In this document: piece by piece, positions 26,251 through 40,912 of the stretch | Numbering within the stretch: position 1 is the stretch's first letter | Layout of the letters: every line of letters starts with the position of its first letter | NCBI RefSeq assembly: GCF_006345805.1 | Contig: NC_043003.1 | Location: 45,136,001-45,200,000 of the forward strand | Length of the DNA stretch: 64,000 nucleotides | DNA from: Octopus sinensis | Lineage: Eukaryota | Direction of reading: 5' to 3' | Position numbers and translations under genes: made by a program | Notes under the pieces: generated by a model | Database searches by the model: none | The model's input: the letters and a program-made list of their open reading frames with translations, nothing else | Told to the model about the DNA's origin: nothing

Positions 26251-26910
26251 CCCCCCTCACCTATCCTTTCTCCCCCGACCCCTACTTCTTCAGTCCTTCA
26301 TCCTTTCACCCCTACTCCCTTCCCTTCTTCCCTCTTTCTCCCTCTTCCCCCCTTCCCTCTTCCCCCTCCCTCCCCTCCCCCTCCCTCTCTCCCTCCCCTC
26401 TCCCTTTCTCTCCCCATCTCTTCTTTCCTCCTCCTTCATTCTCCCCCTCCTCCCCTTCCTTCTCCCCATCCTTCCTCTTCCCCCCTCTCTCCCCTCTTCT
26501 TCCCCTCCCCTTCTCTCCCCCCCTTCTCCCCCTCCCCCTCTTCTCCTCACTACACCACATGACTTTACACATCACATCACATATGATGTGCCATACTAAT
26601 ACATACACCAACTAATACATACTAATACGTACTAATACATACTAGTACATACTAATACATACACCAACCCTATACATACACACGTCCAGACCCCGCATAC
26701 GCACTTATACTCTCTCATACACACACAACTTCACATACTAATACGTACTAATACATACTAATACATACTAATACATACACCAACCCCATACATACGCACG
26801 TCCAGACCAATCCTACGAACTAATACTCTCTCATACACACACACACATCCTTATACACACTAATACATACACCAACCCTATACATACACACATCCAGACC
26901 CCTCCTACGC
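26250..26910 (+). repeat. Pyrimidine tract and compound minisatellite in the PLE 3' region
   Basis: C/T-rich stretch 26250-26550, then (ctaatacata)n interleaved with three ~45-bp caccaaccc.atacatac.cacgtccagacc units. Confidence 0.85.
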
Positions 26911-27039
26911 ACTATTAGCTGGTCCCCCAACCCTATTATCACCCTATTATCTCCCCTTATTTCGCTCTCGCGTCTCATGTTTGATCTTGACCTCTGGCCG
27001 AAATCAGATCGCCATGTTGATTCGTTAGCTACTGCACGC

Positions 27040-27220
27040 ATTTTTTTCTCTCCTCTCTTTCTGTGTTTTTTTTCTCTCTGGTGTATCTTTCTGTTGAAGA
27101 GCGTAGGCTCGAAACGTTAAAGACTTGTTTTATTTATATTTCCTGAGCGCCATACTAATACAATTGTTCGTTTGTTTTCCACCTGCCTTCGTCTTTTGTT
27201 ATTTTCATAAAGCTTCCCGT
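27040..27220 (+). mobile_element. PLE 3' terminal repeat with hammerhead-fold motif at 27086-27123
   Basis: TCTTT-CTGTTGA-A-GAGC-GTAG-GCTC-GAAACGT-T-AAAGA, followed by a tail and (TA)n. Confidence 0.8.
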
Positions 27221-27264
27221 TATATATATATATATATATATATATATCTATACACACACACACA

Positions 27265-27310
<46 letters not shown>

Positions 27311-27331
27311 TTATATATATATTATAGTTAC

Positions 27332-27378
<47 letters not shown>

Positions 27379-27419
27379 GTATTATATATATACGTACATA
27401 TATATGCACATTCAATATG

Positions 27420-27630
27420 TGACCGCGTGTGTATCGTAGGCGAATTTCTTTCTCCATCTTCCCTACCTTGACATTTCCTTTTTCTATGTTCCTGACGAAG
27501 AGCTTCGCTCGAAACGTTAAATACTCCTTTCTTTCCTTTCCTGAGCGTCCAATAACACTATACTTGTTCCACGTCCTCGCGTTTTTTTGTGTTTTTGCTT
27601 TGTGTTTTCCCGTTTATATTCACTATATAC
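27420..27630 (+). mobile_element. PLE terminal repeat fragment with hammerhead motif at 27487-27523
   Basis: TGTTC-CTGACGA-A-GAGC-TTC-GCTC-GAAACGT-T-AAATA. Confidence 0.78.
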
Positions 27631-28078
27631 ATATATGCATACATATGTATATATGTAGATATATATGTATCTGTGTGTGTCTGCGTGTGCACGCGCGCGC
27701 ACGTGTGCTTTACGATTTCCTGTATGCACAAAGACACCAATAATTAAAATTGAATATATTTATGACTTAGAGTAAATTATCAGCTGAGCAACATCTAAAA
27801 ACCAATGACAAAGGAGCAGGAGTATCGTTATGACTTTCACTAGATTACATGTATTACGGCTTGAAGAAACATTGCAGAGCAGAGTATTCGTGAAGCAAAC
27901 TATCATATCTTCCGTGACATTCAAATGAAGTTGCAATCAATCATTCTCACGCATCCATCCGCATAATTAATCTCATCCACAACACATACACACACGCAAA
28001 CACACACACATACACACACAACACACACACCACATACATACACACACACATACACACACACACACACACAAACACAAC

Positions 28079-28181
<103 letters not shown>

Positions 28182-28534
28182 TACATATATAATATATATA
28201 TGCATACGGAATCCAGTGGATGTATTCCACCGAATTTAGGTAAATAATCCTTCGAACAGTCGGTCAGCTACTCCACATTGATAGGAGGCAAACACTTCGA
28301 AACTAGTCTGTGAATGCCATACAAGCAAGGGAAAGCTGCTGACCTCCCCTGTTCGAAGGTTATAATGGATACAGATCTGTGTGTCACATCGTTAGCTAGA
28401 AGCGATAGCCTCTTGGAGCTAATCAACGGCAGCATTCGTCCTATTTTTCTGGACTGCCATGTTAGCTTGGCGATAACTATTAATATCCAGTTCCACTGCC
28501 GTAGCCTCCTTTAGAGAGAATTAGAAATAACGAT

Positions 28535-28566
<32 letters not shown>

Positions 28567-28572
28567 GTTTAT

Positions 28573-28607
<35 letters not shown>

Positions 28608-29266
28608 TATACATATTTTTTATATTTTATATATATATGTGTGTATATGAGTATGTTTAACTTGTAATTAAAATCATGATTTAGGATCTTCCCCTACTAG
28701 CCTCCTTTATAGACAGCTACTTTAAACACAATTTACTACTAATATCTTGACAATATTTATGACCATACTTAGCCATGAGCTATCAACTCACACTTGCCTT
28801 TCATTCCGAACAAACACAGTCTCCGTATCTTGCATTTAGTAGTTGATAAAAAGACAAATAAATTAGAAATGAACCACAATCTTTTACAAGTTATGACCCC
28901 AGTAAGCTTCATGCCTTTCTGGGAAGTGTCGAATATTCTTAGCGAAAATAGCGACAAAAGGGATTGCTTCCATCTTCTTGCTCTGTTAAAGTATTTGAGA
29001 AAAATTATATGTGTCCGACAGACTACAATTCTAATTATATGTGCCCTGCATTCAAATGATGTAATGATTGCATTGTTCAATCAAATAGAGTCACTAGAAA
29101 CAGTCGTACTGCATTAGGTCTTATCCTGTTGCTTATTGTTTATATATATATATATATAATAACAAAGGCAGCTATGCGCAATATAAAACTAAAAAAAATT
29201 TCAGTTGCCATGTGATACTAAAGTTCTACATGCACCCTCATTCATAATAATATATTATAATATATA

Positions 29267-29308
<42 letters not shown>

Positions 29309-29358
29309 ATATACAAACATATATATATATATATATAGTTTGTATGTATGTATTATGC

Positions 29359-29415
<57 letters not shown>

Positions 29416-30050
29416 TATATATATATATATATATAATATATACATACATAAAACTATATATATATATACGTTGTCAGCCTCGATGACCAAACCAGGAAGC
29501 CTGCAAAGTCTGTTCGGTAAGATCTTCGGATTTCGCTGGAACGCTTGCTGCAAGAACAAGAAAACTGTTAAGTAGTAAATGAACTCATTAGTTTCAAAAG
29601 ACACCTTACCATCTCCTAACACCTATCCTGAAAACGAAAATTTTTGGTGCATTTAAGAATGCAGAATAATTCTTTTGCACAAATCCATACGTCGCTCGGT
29701 CTGTGGATTCGCCCAGCTGAATACTTTAAAAAAAAAAAAAAAAACCTTCACCTTCACAGGCATCACATGGTCTTAAACGCCGCTGGTATGTGTTGCATGC
29801 AATCCTTGGCGATATTCAGGCCAAATGAAACAATCAAGGTTAAATTTCATGATGGTATGTAAGTGTTTGGAAAAGTTGTCTGAAAAGCTGGAGGAACAAG
29901 TTTCATTGTTGCCACTTTCGTCCAAATTGTTTAATTCGTTAGCAAGGCGCTGAAAGTCCACATCAGTGTAGGACAATTAAGGGAGCGATCAAGCGATAAT
30001 ATTGATGGAAACGAGTTACTATGTAAATACGTGCACATATATATATACAT

Positions 30051-30092
<42 letters not shown>

Positions 30093-30130
30093 AGTTAATA
30101 TATAGATATGTGCATATATATATATATATA

Positions 30131-30361
30131 TTTCTTTACTGCCCACAAGGGGCTAAACACAGACGGGACAAACAAGGACAGACGAACGGATTAAGTCGAT
30201 TATATCGACCCCAGTGTGTAACTGGTACTTAATTTATCGACCCCGAAAGGATGAAAGGCAAAGTCGACCTCGGCGGAATTTGAACTCGGAACGTGACGAC
30301 AGACGAAATACAGGTATGCATTTCGCCCAGCGTGCTAACGTTTCTGCCAGCTCGCCGCCTT
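30131..30361 (-). mobile_element. SINE family A, full copy
   Basis: Reverse complement of the 22506 copy. Confidence 0.9.
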
Positions 30362-32898
30362 ATGCATGTATATATATATATACATGGTTACACATACATT
30401 CACACTCACAAGTGTACACACATGGCCACATTCTGAAACAAGTAAAAACAAATGCATATACAGAGAGAGAGAGAGGAAAAGAGACGGATAGATAGAAGGA
30501 TAGATAGATAGATAGAGATAGAGAGAGAGAGAAAGAGAGAGAGTCAACATATGAGATCCAGGGATGCTCGATATAGAAAACACTTAACTCTCAAACGATT
30601 TTAACTTACACTCCGACATCGTTACTGGTTTGTGCGTATATAAACGTTATGTATGCACACATATAATTAGGCAGATATATAGAAAAAAACAATCCTGAGT
30701 ATACATTCATATCCACCGTATATACAACTATAGCTACATTTTTTTCTTGAGAAGTGAACTGACTTCGGAAAAAATCATACACGTGGGGCATATATTTTCG
30801 TTTGTGTCCGCAAAGTTTAATGTCTGTTTATGCACGATGTGCCTCGGTGTTTAGGAAAGTCACAGATTGAAAGTTGCATATTGAATGACAATATGTGACT
30901 AGGATATGAAGTAGAAGAAATATATATAGAGAGAATTATAACAGACATATAGTGGTGTTGTTTCTATCCTGTGAAATCAAAATATGAATTAATCCGAAGC
31001 TTGATATTATTTACACAATGATATCACTTGAAAATAGTTTCTCTCTGTTGAAGTTTATATGTAAATATTTTCTTTTAACTAACCGTGATATTGCGCTCAA
31101 CATAAGTGTGAATTCCGACATTTATTATTTTGGCATTTAATTCTTCTATTATGTTCATTTTTATAAACATTACTATAAACGCGCTGCAGCAAATGTCAAA
31201 ATAGAATAATATAAGTGGAATGAATCTGTGAGATTTTATATTTAATATTTAGAAATGTTTGTTTTGTTCAACTTCTTACCTTACTGTGTCGAAAATATAC
31301 AACGTGAGTCAAGTAATAGGTTCAATATAATTTGCTATACCCTTTCCTAAAGTGTGTGGTTTTCTACTAACTAAGTACTTCAATATGATAAATCTGTATT
31401 TTCGTTGTTAGAAGTGTGTATAAAGAAACAATGTTCAAATTCAACCAGTGTCTGCTTTCAATCATTCCGAAGAAATAAAATTCCCGTCAAGTACTATAGT
31501 CAATTTAATCGTCCATAGCATGCTGAAACTGTCTGTCGTTGCTCCAATTTTAGAATTTCATATTTATTTACTGGTGTGGATAGTAGAATTGCAGAACTAG
31601 TTGAGAGTAATTATAATTGGCTTGCAGTATTTAGTTTTATGTTCTTATGTTTTGATTTGAAATGCTCCTGGGGTTAGCTTTGATTTTCATCTATCATCTT
31701 TTGATAAATTTGGTAACGCTTCATTACTGGGATTCATTAATTCTGTTATAAACCGCATGAAAAACTGATGAATTATTGACTGAAAGTTTCATGTGGTCTC
31801 TCTGTAATGACCTTTTAATCAATATACATTAGACATTCTAAGTATTATAATTTTCATCCCGAAACATCTCAGAAAATTTCAGAAGAATCGTGAATAAGTT
31901 TATATTTTTGAAGTTGAAACAAAATGTATATTGCAGAAATGTTCCTGCCATTTTGTACAGCTTGATCTCAGTGCGGTGTTTCGGACTTTACGAAGTGAAT
32001 ATTACATAGATTTTAATCACACGTCTATAGAGGGAACTAAATCTCTATCTAATGATGTGGAAAAACATTAAAATGTAGAAACGATATTTCTCTAGTTACA
32101 TTACTATGTTCAAATGTTGATGTTATTATTCTCTTGTTGAAAGAAAAATCGATAAAAAGTAATTTCGCTGTTGAAGCATTTCAGTTGGAATGCTTTCTAC
32201 GTATATTAGCTGTTAAAAGTCATTTGTTTCTTCTGATTTTTAACTTATCTGAAAGCAATTAAAGAAAGGACTGTAAAGTTTTCGTGGATATGTCAAAAGT
32301 GTATCCTAAGAACAATTCTCCAACGTAGCGAATCGGCATTTGAAATCATTAATAACTCAAGCAGCAGTCTTTTTCTCATTCTTTTAAAGTTTATGCTATT
32401 ATAGGTGATGGATGTTAAGTCTTTACAGTTCTGAAGAATATTTGTCATATCTAATTCGACGAACGTCCATTAATATAACAAGAGATTTTCCATCCACTTT
32501 TATTTGATTTGGTAATACACTTATGAAATACAAGAGAGATGTTGATGAAACAATAGACAAAAGCTAAGGGCTCCATACACAAGAACTGCAGCATATTATC
32601 GCTGAACCAAACCAATTAATAGTTCCCTGTCTCCCACTCATATGTAATAGATACACGTGGATAAATACAAGCAGTGTCAAATTGATAAGTATATTATGAT
32701 CATTCCATTCCGATTTAAAATCCTTTCATGGGTATTTACTGCAAATGCTTGTATTACACCACGCTGCCTCTTCAAGATATTCTACGAACAGAATGGTATC
32801 TGTGAAGACAATGTAACAGATGTGGGAACAACCATATTATTATATATTTCCTGTTTCGTTGCTGTTGTATTTCTTCTTCTTCGTCTTATTATTATTAC

Positions 32899-33431
32899 TG
32901 AGTGAGAGAGTAGTGCATGCCATCAAAGTGACACTAGGGTAAAATATACGAAGCTCAGTATACCCATCATGACTACTCGTCTGATAAGGGTAAACTAGGC
33001 ACATGCATCACAACCATATGTGCGCAACATGGTGAACTCATATCAAATAAACAGCGCATGACCTTGTTGAGACCAGTTAGAATTTTCTTCTGGTCAAGTA
33101 GCCCATCCCACTCAAAAGGTTCCTGAATAAGGATTGTTTAAGGATGTTGAACAAAGGTGAATTATCCAAACTTCCAAGAATTCCTTTCAATACACGACTA
33201 TGATGCTCCCCTACTACTTCTGCTCATGATCAGAGATGCACATATCGTCAGCCACTTAAGGACATGCTCAACTGCTTATGGTCAAACAACTGACAAGCAA
33301 ATATGTGGTATTGAGCAGAATATTTGCTGTAGCCCATCTTTTATACCAAGACAAAACAATGTTCATGATAACACTTGCAATCATTTAAGATCAGAAGCCA
33401 TGAGAGCCACTATCTGGTAGTGCATCAGGGC
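32899..33431 (+). mobile_element. (TAA)n-flanked family C element, copy 1
   Basis: tgagtgagagag..gccatcaaagtgacac..tgcatcagggc; trinucleotide repeats on both sides. Confidence 0.9.
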
Positions 33432-33453
33432 ATTATTATTATTATTATTATTA

Positions 33454-33512
<59 letters not shown>

Positions 33513-33586
33513 GTTATTATTATTATTGTTGTTGCTGTTGTTGTTGTTATTATTACCACCACCACCATTACTACTACTGCTACTAC

Positions 33587-34127
33587 TGAGTGACAGAACA
33601 GCAAATGCCATCAAAATGACCCTGGGGTAAAAGATGCGAAGCCCAGTATATCCATCATGACTACCCGTGCGGTAAGCGTACACGAGGCTCATGCTTCACA
33701 ACCATACGTGCGTGACATGGTGACCTCGTCTCAAGAAAATCAGCACCTGAACTCGCAGGTGGGGTCCAGTTTGAATTTTCTTCAGGTGAGTAGCTGGCTC
33801 AAAAGGTCCCTGAATAAGGTTTGTTTAAGAATCTTGAACAAAACAAACATATTTCCAGAGGTGGATTATTCAAACCCCCAAGAAATTCCTCACAACACAT
33901 GGCTATGATGCTCCCCTACTACTTCTGCTCATGATCACATATTGTCAGCCACCAAGGGGCATGCTCAACTGGCTATAGTCAAACAACGGATGAGCAAACG
34001 TGTAGTATTGACCAGAATATTTGTTGTAGCCCATATTTTATAACAAGACCATACAATGTACATGATAACACTTCCAATCAGCTGAGATCACAGCCAGGAT
34101 AGCCAGTGCCTGGCACTGCATTAGGGC
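33587..34127 (+). mobile_element. (TAA)n-flanked family C element, copy 2 (head-to-tail with copy 1)
   Basis: Colinear, diverged copy of 32899-33431. Confidence 0.9.
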
Positions 34128-34148
34128 TTTATTATTTTTGTTACCGTT

Positions 34149-34300
34149 AGGGCGGCGAAGTGGCAAAATCGTTAGCACGCTGGACGAGTATTCCGCCCTT
34201 CGCTACGTTCTGAGTTCAAATCCCGCCGAGGTAAACTTTTTGTCTTATCCTTTCGGGGTCGATAAATTAAGTACCAGGTGAACACTGTAGTCGATCTAAT
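34149..34300 (+). mobile_element. SINE family A, partial
   Basis: ggcggcgaagtggcaaaatcgttagcacg..gagttcaaatcccgccgagg. Confidence 0.85.
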
Positions 34301-34389
34301 CGAAACATCTCATACATTACTGTCCCAGTTTTAGTTTGTATTTCAGTTGTTTTACAGCTTTTATTCTTTCTTCTTTTTCTTCATAACTC

Positions 34390-34860
34390 TTAGGTATTTT
34401 CTTTTGTTTGTATTTGTCAGGTTCCTTAATGATGGAAATCAGTTTTTTTGTTTTGTTTGCGTTTTGTAGCTATTTGTCTTAGTTTTCCTTTCGCCTGAAG
34501 TAGATATTTCGGTAATCCTATGGCGGTTATTTTGCAATAGTTTTCTAGCTGTATAAGGCCTCTACCACCTTCGATACGTTTTATATATAGACTTTCTCTG
34601 TCAGATTTAAGATGGTGCATCCTAAATCTAATTATTATTTTTTTTGTTTTCCTGTCTATTTTGATTTGTTCATTTAGAGTCCAATTAAGAATATCGTAGG
34701 TGTAACTTATAACTGGGACGGTTCGTGTGTTGATGCCTATAATCTTGTTTTTCGCATTGAGCGCTGTTTTCAGTATTAATCTAACTAGTGTATAGTATTT
34801 CTTTCTTATGTTCTCTTTCATTTATGTGTCTTATATCTAGTTCATTGATTCCTAATTTTT
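34390..34860 (-). pseudogene. R4/Dong RT thumb region fragment
   Basis: ORF 34426-34821: KYYTLVRLILKTALNAKNKIIGINTRTVPVISY..NWT..DRKTKK..MHHLKSDRESLYIKRIEGGRGLIQLE. Confidence 0.88.
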
Positions 34861-34914
34861 TGTATGTCTGGCTTTGGTCTAATTATCTCTTGTTATTTGC
34901 TTTATCTTTCTGTT

Positions 34915-35120
34915 TCTTTCCACCACCTCATCACCGCTTGGCAACCGATGTGTGTGTCCTTATGTATCCGTAACTTAGCGGTTCGCTAAAGAAACCGATA
35001 GAATAAGTATTAGGTTTTAAAAAGATGTGTCCTAGACTCGCTTTCCTCGACTAAAACACTTCGAGGCGGTGCTCCAGCATGACCACGGTGAAATGACCGA
35101 AACAATTGAAAGAATAAAAG
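34915..35120 (+). mobile_element. SINE family B, 3' half
   Basis: cgcttggcaaccgatg..cgtaacttagcggttc..gctccagcatgacc. Confidence 0.85.
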
Positions 35121-36420
35121 TATGATAATTTAATTTCGAACTTGCTGCAGTAACTCGCCCCTTCTCTCTTTCTCTCTCTTTCTCACACACACACACACCA
35201 CACAGGCACACACACACATGTATACATAATGAAAAAGAGATAGGGAGAGAAAAGGAGAAAGACAGAGAGACAGATGGTACATCTTCAATCACATATTTCT
35301 GTCTTAAAAAATGAAGGACAAATTAGCTAAAGACCAAATAACATTTGTCTCATGCATCATAAACATTCATTTGACATACTGGCAATAATTTCGGAAACTG
35401 AATTTGAAGTGACTCCGGCCACAAAGTAAAGACAGACAAAATAAAATGCCAGTATGCACCTTCTGTGGCTTGAAAGTGTTTCTGGCAGCTCGCTTCTTCG
35501 TTGCTCTCATGCGTTGCGGAGGTGTACACTTGTTTGTCCGATCACTTCTTATCTCCCTTTCTCTTTCCGTCACTGACTCTCCTATTTTCTCACTGTCTCA
35601 GCCTTTGTTGCGTCTATATGTATATATGAGCGTTTATGTTTCTGTGAGTATGTGTGTATATGTACCTGTGAGTATACATATGTGTGGATATACCGTTATA
35701 TCATAAGAAGTCGCACGAGCAAAAGAGAGAAAAGAATGCACCGAATATTGTTGACCTTCGTCTTATTTGTATTAAACAGAAAATTCCGCTATTATTTCGA
35801 GTCTCATGTTACTTATCACAACAGTGAACGTAGAAGAAGGAAATGCGAAATTGTTTGAATACAATCCTTGTATTTGGTATTACACCAACAGTTTCTATGT
35901 ATTTCGTATACGAGCGACTGCATGTTTAATACACATGTGTCTAGCATATGCATATAGAGTCACGGGGAAATATGTTTGAGAAATCGGAATTGACATGAGG
36001 GTGAAACAATGTTCAATGACCTACTCTATTCGAGTCAGCTAGGATTTTGAGATTGCCGCGTGTGCGTTGAATGAATTCTACGGTAAATTAACAGCCATGT
36101 CCAAGGCTTATAAGCTGTGGAAAGCGCGCCTGTGAGACTTACGACAACAGGTTGCTATCCACTCCCACAAATTCAACAATAACAAGTAATAATGGTTTCA
36201 AATATTTGCACAAGGGTACCAAGTTCGGAGGAGGTACGTAAGTTGTGTAAATGGTAATTATTTTATATAAACCCGAAAAAATGACAAGATCGATTTCGGC
36301 GACAAATTAAAGACAGACAAAATGTAATAACAGTAAGCACCTTCTGTGGTGTGACAGTGTTTTTAGCAGCTCACTCCTTTGCTATTCTACCAGTACTACT
36401 ACTACTACTACTACTACTAC

Positions 36421-36461
<41 letters not shown>

Positions 36462-36462
36462 T

Positions 36463-37017
36463 GCCCTGATGCAGTACCAGGCAGTGGCTCTGATGGCTTC
36501 TGATCCTAACTGATTGGAAGTGTTATCATGTACATTGTTTTGTCTTGGTATAAAATATGGGCTACAGCAAATATTCTGCTCAATACCACAGATTTGCTTG
36601 TCAGTTGTTTGGCCTTAACCAGTTGAGCATGTCCCTTAGTGGCTGACGATATGTGCATCTCTGATCACAAGCAGAAGTAGTGGGAGAGCATCATGGCCAT
36701 GTGTTGAGAGGGATTCTTTGGGGTTTGAATAATTCACCTCTGGAAACATAGGTGTTTCGTTCAACATCCTAAAGCAACCCTTATTCAGGGACCTTTTGAG
36801 CAGGATGGGCTACTCAACCTGAAGAAAATTCTAACTGGGCCCCACCTGCAAGGTCATGTGCTGTTTATCTTGATATGAGATCACCATGTCGCGCACATAT
36901 GGTTGTGATGCATGTGCCTGGTGTACCTTTATCAGACGGGTAGTCATGATGGGTATATTGGGCTTCGTATATTTTACCCCAGTGTCACTTTGATGGCATG
37001 CACTGCTCTCTCACTCA
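36463..37017 (-). mobile_element. (TAA)n-flanked family C element, copy 3
   Basis: Reverse complement of 32899-33431, embedded in (AAT)n on both sides. Confidence 0.92.
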
Positions 37018-37039
37018 ATAATAATAATAATAATAATAA

Positions 37040-37365
37040 TAATCCTTTCAACTATAGGCACAGGAGATGATGATAGTCGACTATATCGACTCCAATCTTT
37101 CATTAGTACTTAATTTATCGTCCCAAAATGGATGAAAGGCAAAGTCGACCTCGGCGGAATTTGAACACAGACGAAATACCTATTTCTTTACTACTCACAA
37201 GGGGCTAAATACAGAGAGGAAAAACAAGGACACACAAACGGATTAAGTCGATTACTCGACCCCAGTACGAAATGATGAAAGGCAAAGTCGACCTCGGCGG
37301 AATTTGAACTCAGAATGTAACGGCAGACGAAATACCGCTAAGCATTTCACCTGGCGTACTAATGA
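37040..37365 (-). mobile_element. SINE family A, stacked partial copies
   Basis: gaaaggcaaagtcgacctcggcggaatttgaac occurs twice. Confidence 0.85.
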
Positions 37366-39317
37366 TAAGGGTAAGGACAAAGTCTTACTTGACAAAACTT
37401 CATTTCGACATATTTATCTCACATCATAAAAAAAGCGTAAAATATTAATGTATTTAAGCGGTAACACTCCATTGTTTGTCGCCAAATAAACTCCTGACTA
37501 TCATTTTACTTATAATGGATTTATATTGCTAACAATACTATTATAAATACAAGAAAGCTTATTTGGGGGCCGTATATGAGCGTGGATGTGAATAAAAGGT
37601 TTCATAAATATCTCAATGTGACGCTTACACAAAAAACCGGCATAATAAAATTGTTGGCATGCTTAGTGTAACCTTAAATCCAGTACTAACGGGTCAAAGT
37701 GCGAGGAACATTTCTACTTGCTGGTAAAGAAGGTTTCTGCTTTCTATTCATCATTTCAGTATTGACTATAACGAAATACGACGCTATTGTTGATTATAAA
37801 TAAGGGAGCAGGAAATTAGGTTTTGTGGAAAACTTCTCTAGACTAATGTTAATAATGTTGTTATTGCTGGTGTCACATATTCTTTTCATGCTGTTGTAGA
37901 CATCTTATTTGGAACTTATGACGACTTTACTTGTTGGTGTCTTTGTTAAACACGACAGGAAAATATACATCTGTGTGTGCATGTTTATATATATGTGTGT
38001 GTATGCAAGCACGCACGCACACATATATTTACGTTTACATGCGCATTTAGATAGATAGATAAATAGATAGACAGATTGAGAGATAGAGAGATAGACAAAC
38101 AGACATACACACATACATACAGACATACAGATGAAATCCGCATTTTGTGGAACAAATGCAAGAGCAGTGCTCAATACATGTATTAGATGCTATGATTCAT
38201 TGACTCGCGCGTCGAGGTCATGCAGCAGTGATACGCAGGTGAAAACATATTTGTGTGCGCGTGTGTGGATGTGTGTGTGTGCGTGCATTTGAATGCGTGT
38301 ATGTGCTAATATATATATAGAGGGCAAACATAGCATTGCCACGAACAACCTCTTTCTTCCGGAATACGAATTGCATAGAGAGAATGTATCGGCATTAATA
38401 TCTCTTTGACATCGATGTTTCATTTCATTTAAATTCATATCACATCTTCTGAATTGCAGTCTCTTATGCCTGAATTGGATATTGCTTAATTAATGGCAAG
38501 CTATCAAGGGCACAAATATACAAGTGACTTTATTCACTACTGTGCTATCCTGATTTATAACTGTTTTATATAGAGTCTAAACGGCAAGGCCTTTTGATTG
38601 GGGGGAAGAAATTCTGGCATTTTCCCTAAGGAGCACTTATTCAACGGTTAAACAATCCTTCAAGGGACTACCACTCATACTTCCACATATTAGTTTTACT
38701 TAGTTCATCCACAACGATACTTCGATTTATTTCATGACTTCTGAATCACGATATGTTCAGCATAAAATACGCACGCGCACGAGTGTGTGTGTGCGCGCGC
38801 GCTTCTCTGTCCTGAATACAACCACATCGTATCGGCCAATAGACGTCGCTATTAAAACGAAGGACATGTGGTGCTTGTATGCTGGTCGCGAGGTTTATTT
38901 CATGAGAACGAAGTTTTTGTACGATTAATTTCACTATCAATCGGGATTATTAGTAAGACTAGAGTAAGTTACGTTTAGATAATATTATTGTTGGATGTAT
39001 AGATAATCACATCAAGTATGTAAAACTGAGGAAATGATCCTCATGAAACTAACAAAATGGCTTTGTATGCAAGTGTGTGTGTGTGTAAGTATGTGTATGT
39101 GTGAGAGAGAGAGTGTGTGTGTTTGTGTGCGTGTATGTGTTTGTGTGCGTGTGTGTGTTTGTGTGCGTGTGTGTGAGAGAGAGAGAGAGTATGTCTGCGT
39201 ATGTGTTTGTGTGTGCGTACGTGCGTGTAAAAAGAGTATAGCGAGAGTACAAGTTTATACTAACAGAATGACTTAATCATATATAGAATTAAGGATCCTT
39301 CGATTTCTACTGTACAG

Positions 39318-40250
<933 letters not shown>

Positions 40251-40676
40251 AAAAGCATTAAAAATCCAGGCAAATAATTTCTAAGTGCTCAGCACAGACC
40301 GAACTTAGTTACCTGTATTGTCAAGTCAAAGAGAGTATAATCCACGTTGGCCCTAACATATTTTTCTGCTGCCTATCCAATTTGTAAATACAAAGTTAGT
40401 ACATTTAATTTGTCCTTGCTTTAATCACCTTACACGCGTTTCGGATAAGTTAGTAACTTCCAGAATTCTGCGATTCTGTCATCATACATATTAACCGTTC
40501 TCATATTTGATCGGCTACAATTCCAATGAAATAGAGAAATTTTGCACTATTCTGTCCTTATCAAAGCTATATGAAACCGCTTCGAATAGAAAACCCCTTT
40601 TTTAGGGAGATGGATAGTTGTAAAACTAATAATATTTGACCAGTGAAAGAACACGGAATTACATGGGAATAATATA

Positions 40677-40717
<41 letters not shown>

Positions 40718-40856
40718 CAGATCATGCTAGAAGTGTAATAAGGCACTCAGTTTTCTTCAATCTCTTTCGTCAACTCGAAAAAAGATTCTGGTAAGATACC
40801 TACCCTCTTTAAACTATTACCGATCAGTTCAAATACGCAGAGAACCAACTTTATAA

Positions 40857-40912
<56 letters not shown>

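Noticed and set aside
26219-26611. Pro/Leu/Ser-rich and Arg/Gly/Glu-rich ORFs
   Set aside because: Translations of the C/T tract downstream of the PLE stop codon.
28220-28515. Possible CR1/L2 3' coding remnant on the minus strand
   Set aside because: Only vague motif resemblance across several frames; not supportable by eye.
29466-29990. Acidic ORF MSYTDVDFQRLANELNNLDES.. with splice-like sites (transposase N-terminus or exons)
   Set aside because: No diagnostic motif or paired termini found; needs a homology search.
32899-37017. Repeat units separated by short repeats, as a CRISPR-like array
   Set aside because: The units are homologous ~540-bp elements and the linkers are microsatellites; there is no repeat/unique-spacer pattern and no cas genes.
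40745-40785. TTGACGA..GAAAACTGAGTG on the minus strand as a hammerhead
   Set aside because: Core C is mutated, stem II does not pair, and G sits at the cleavage position.
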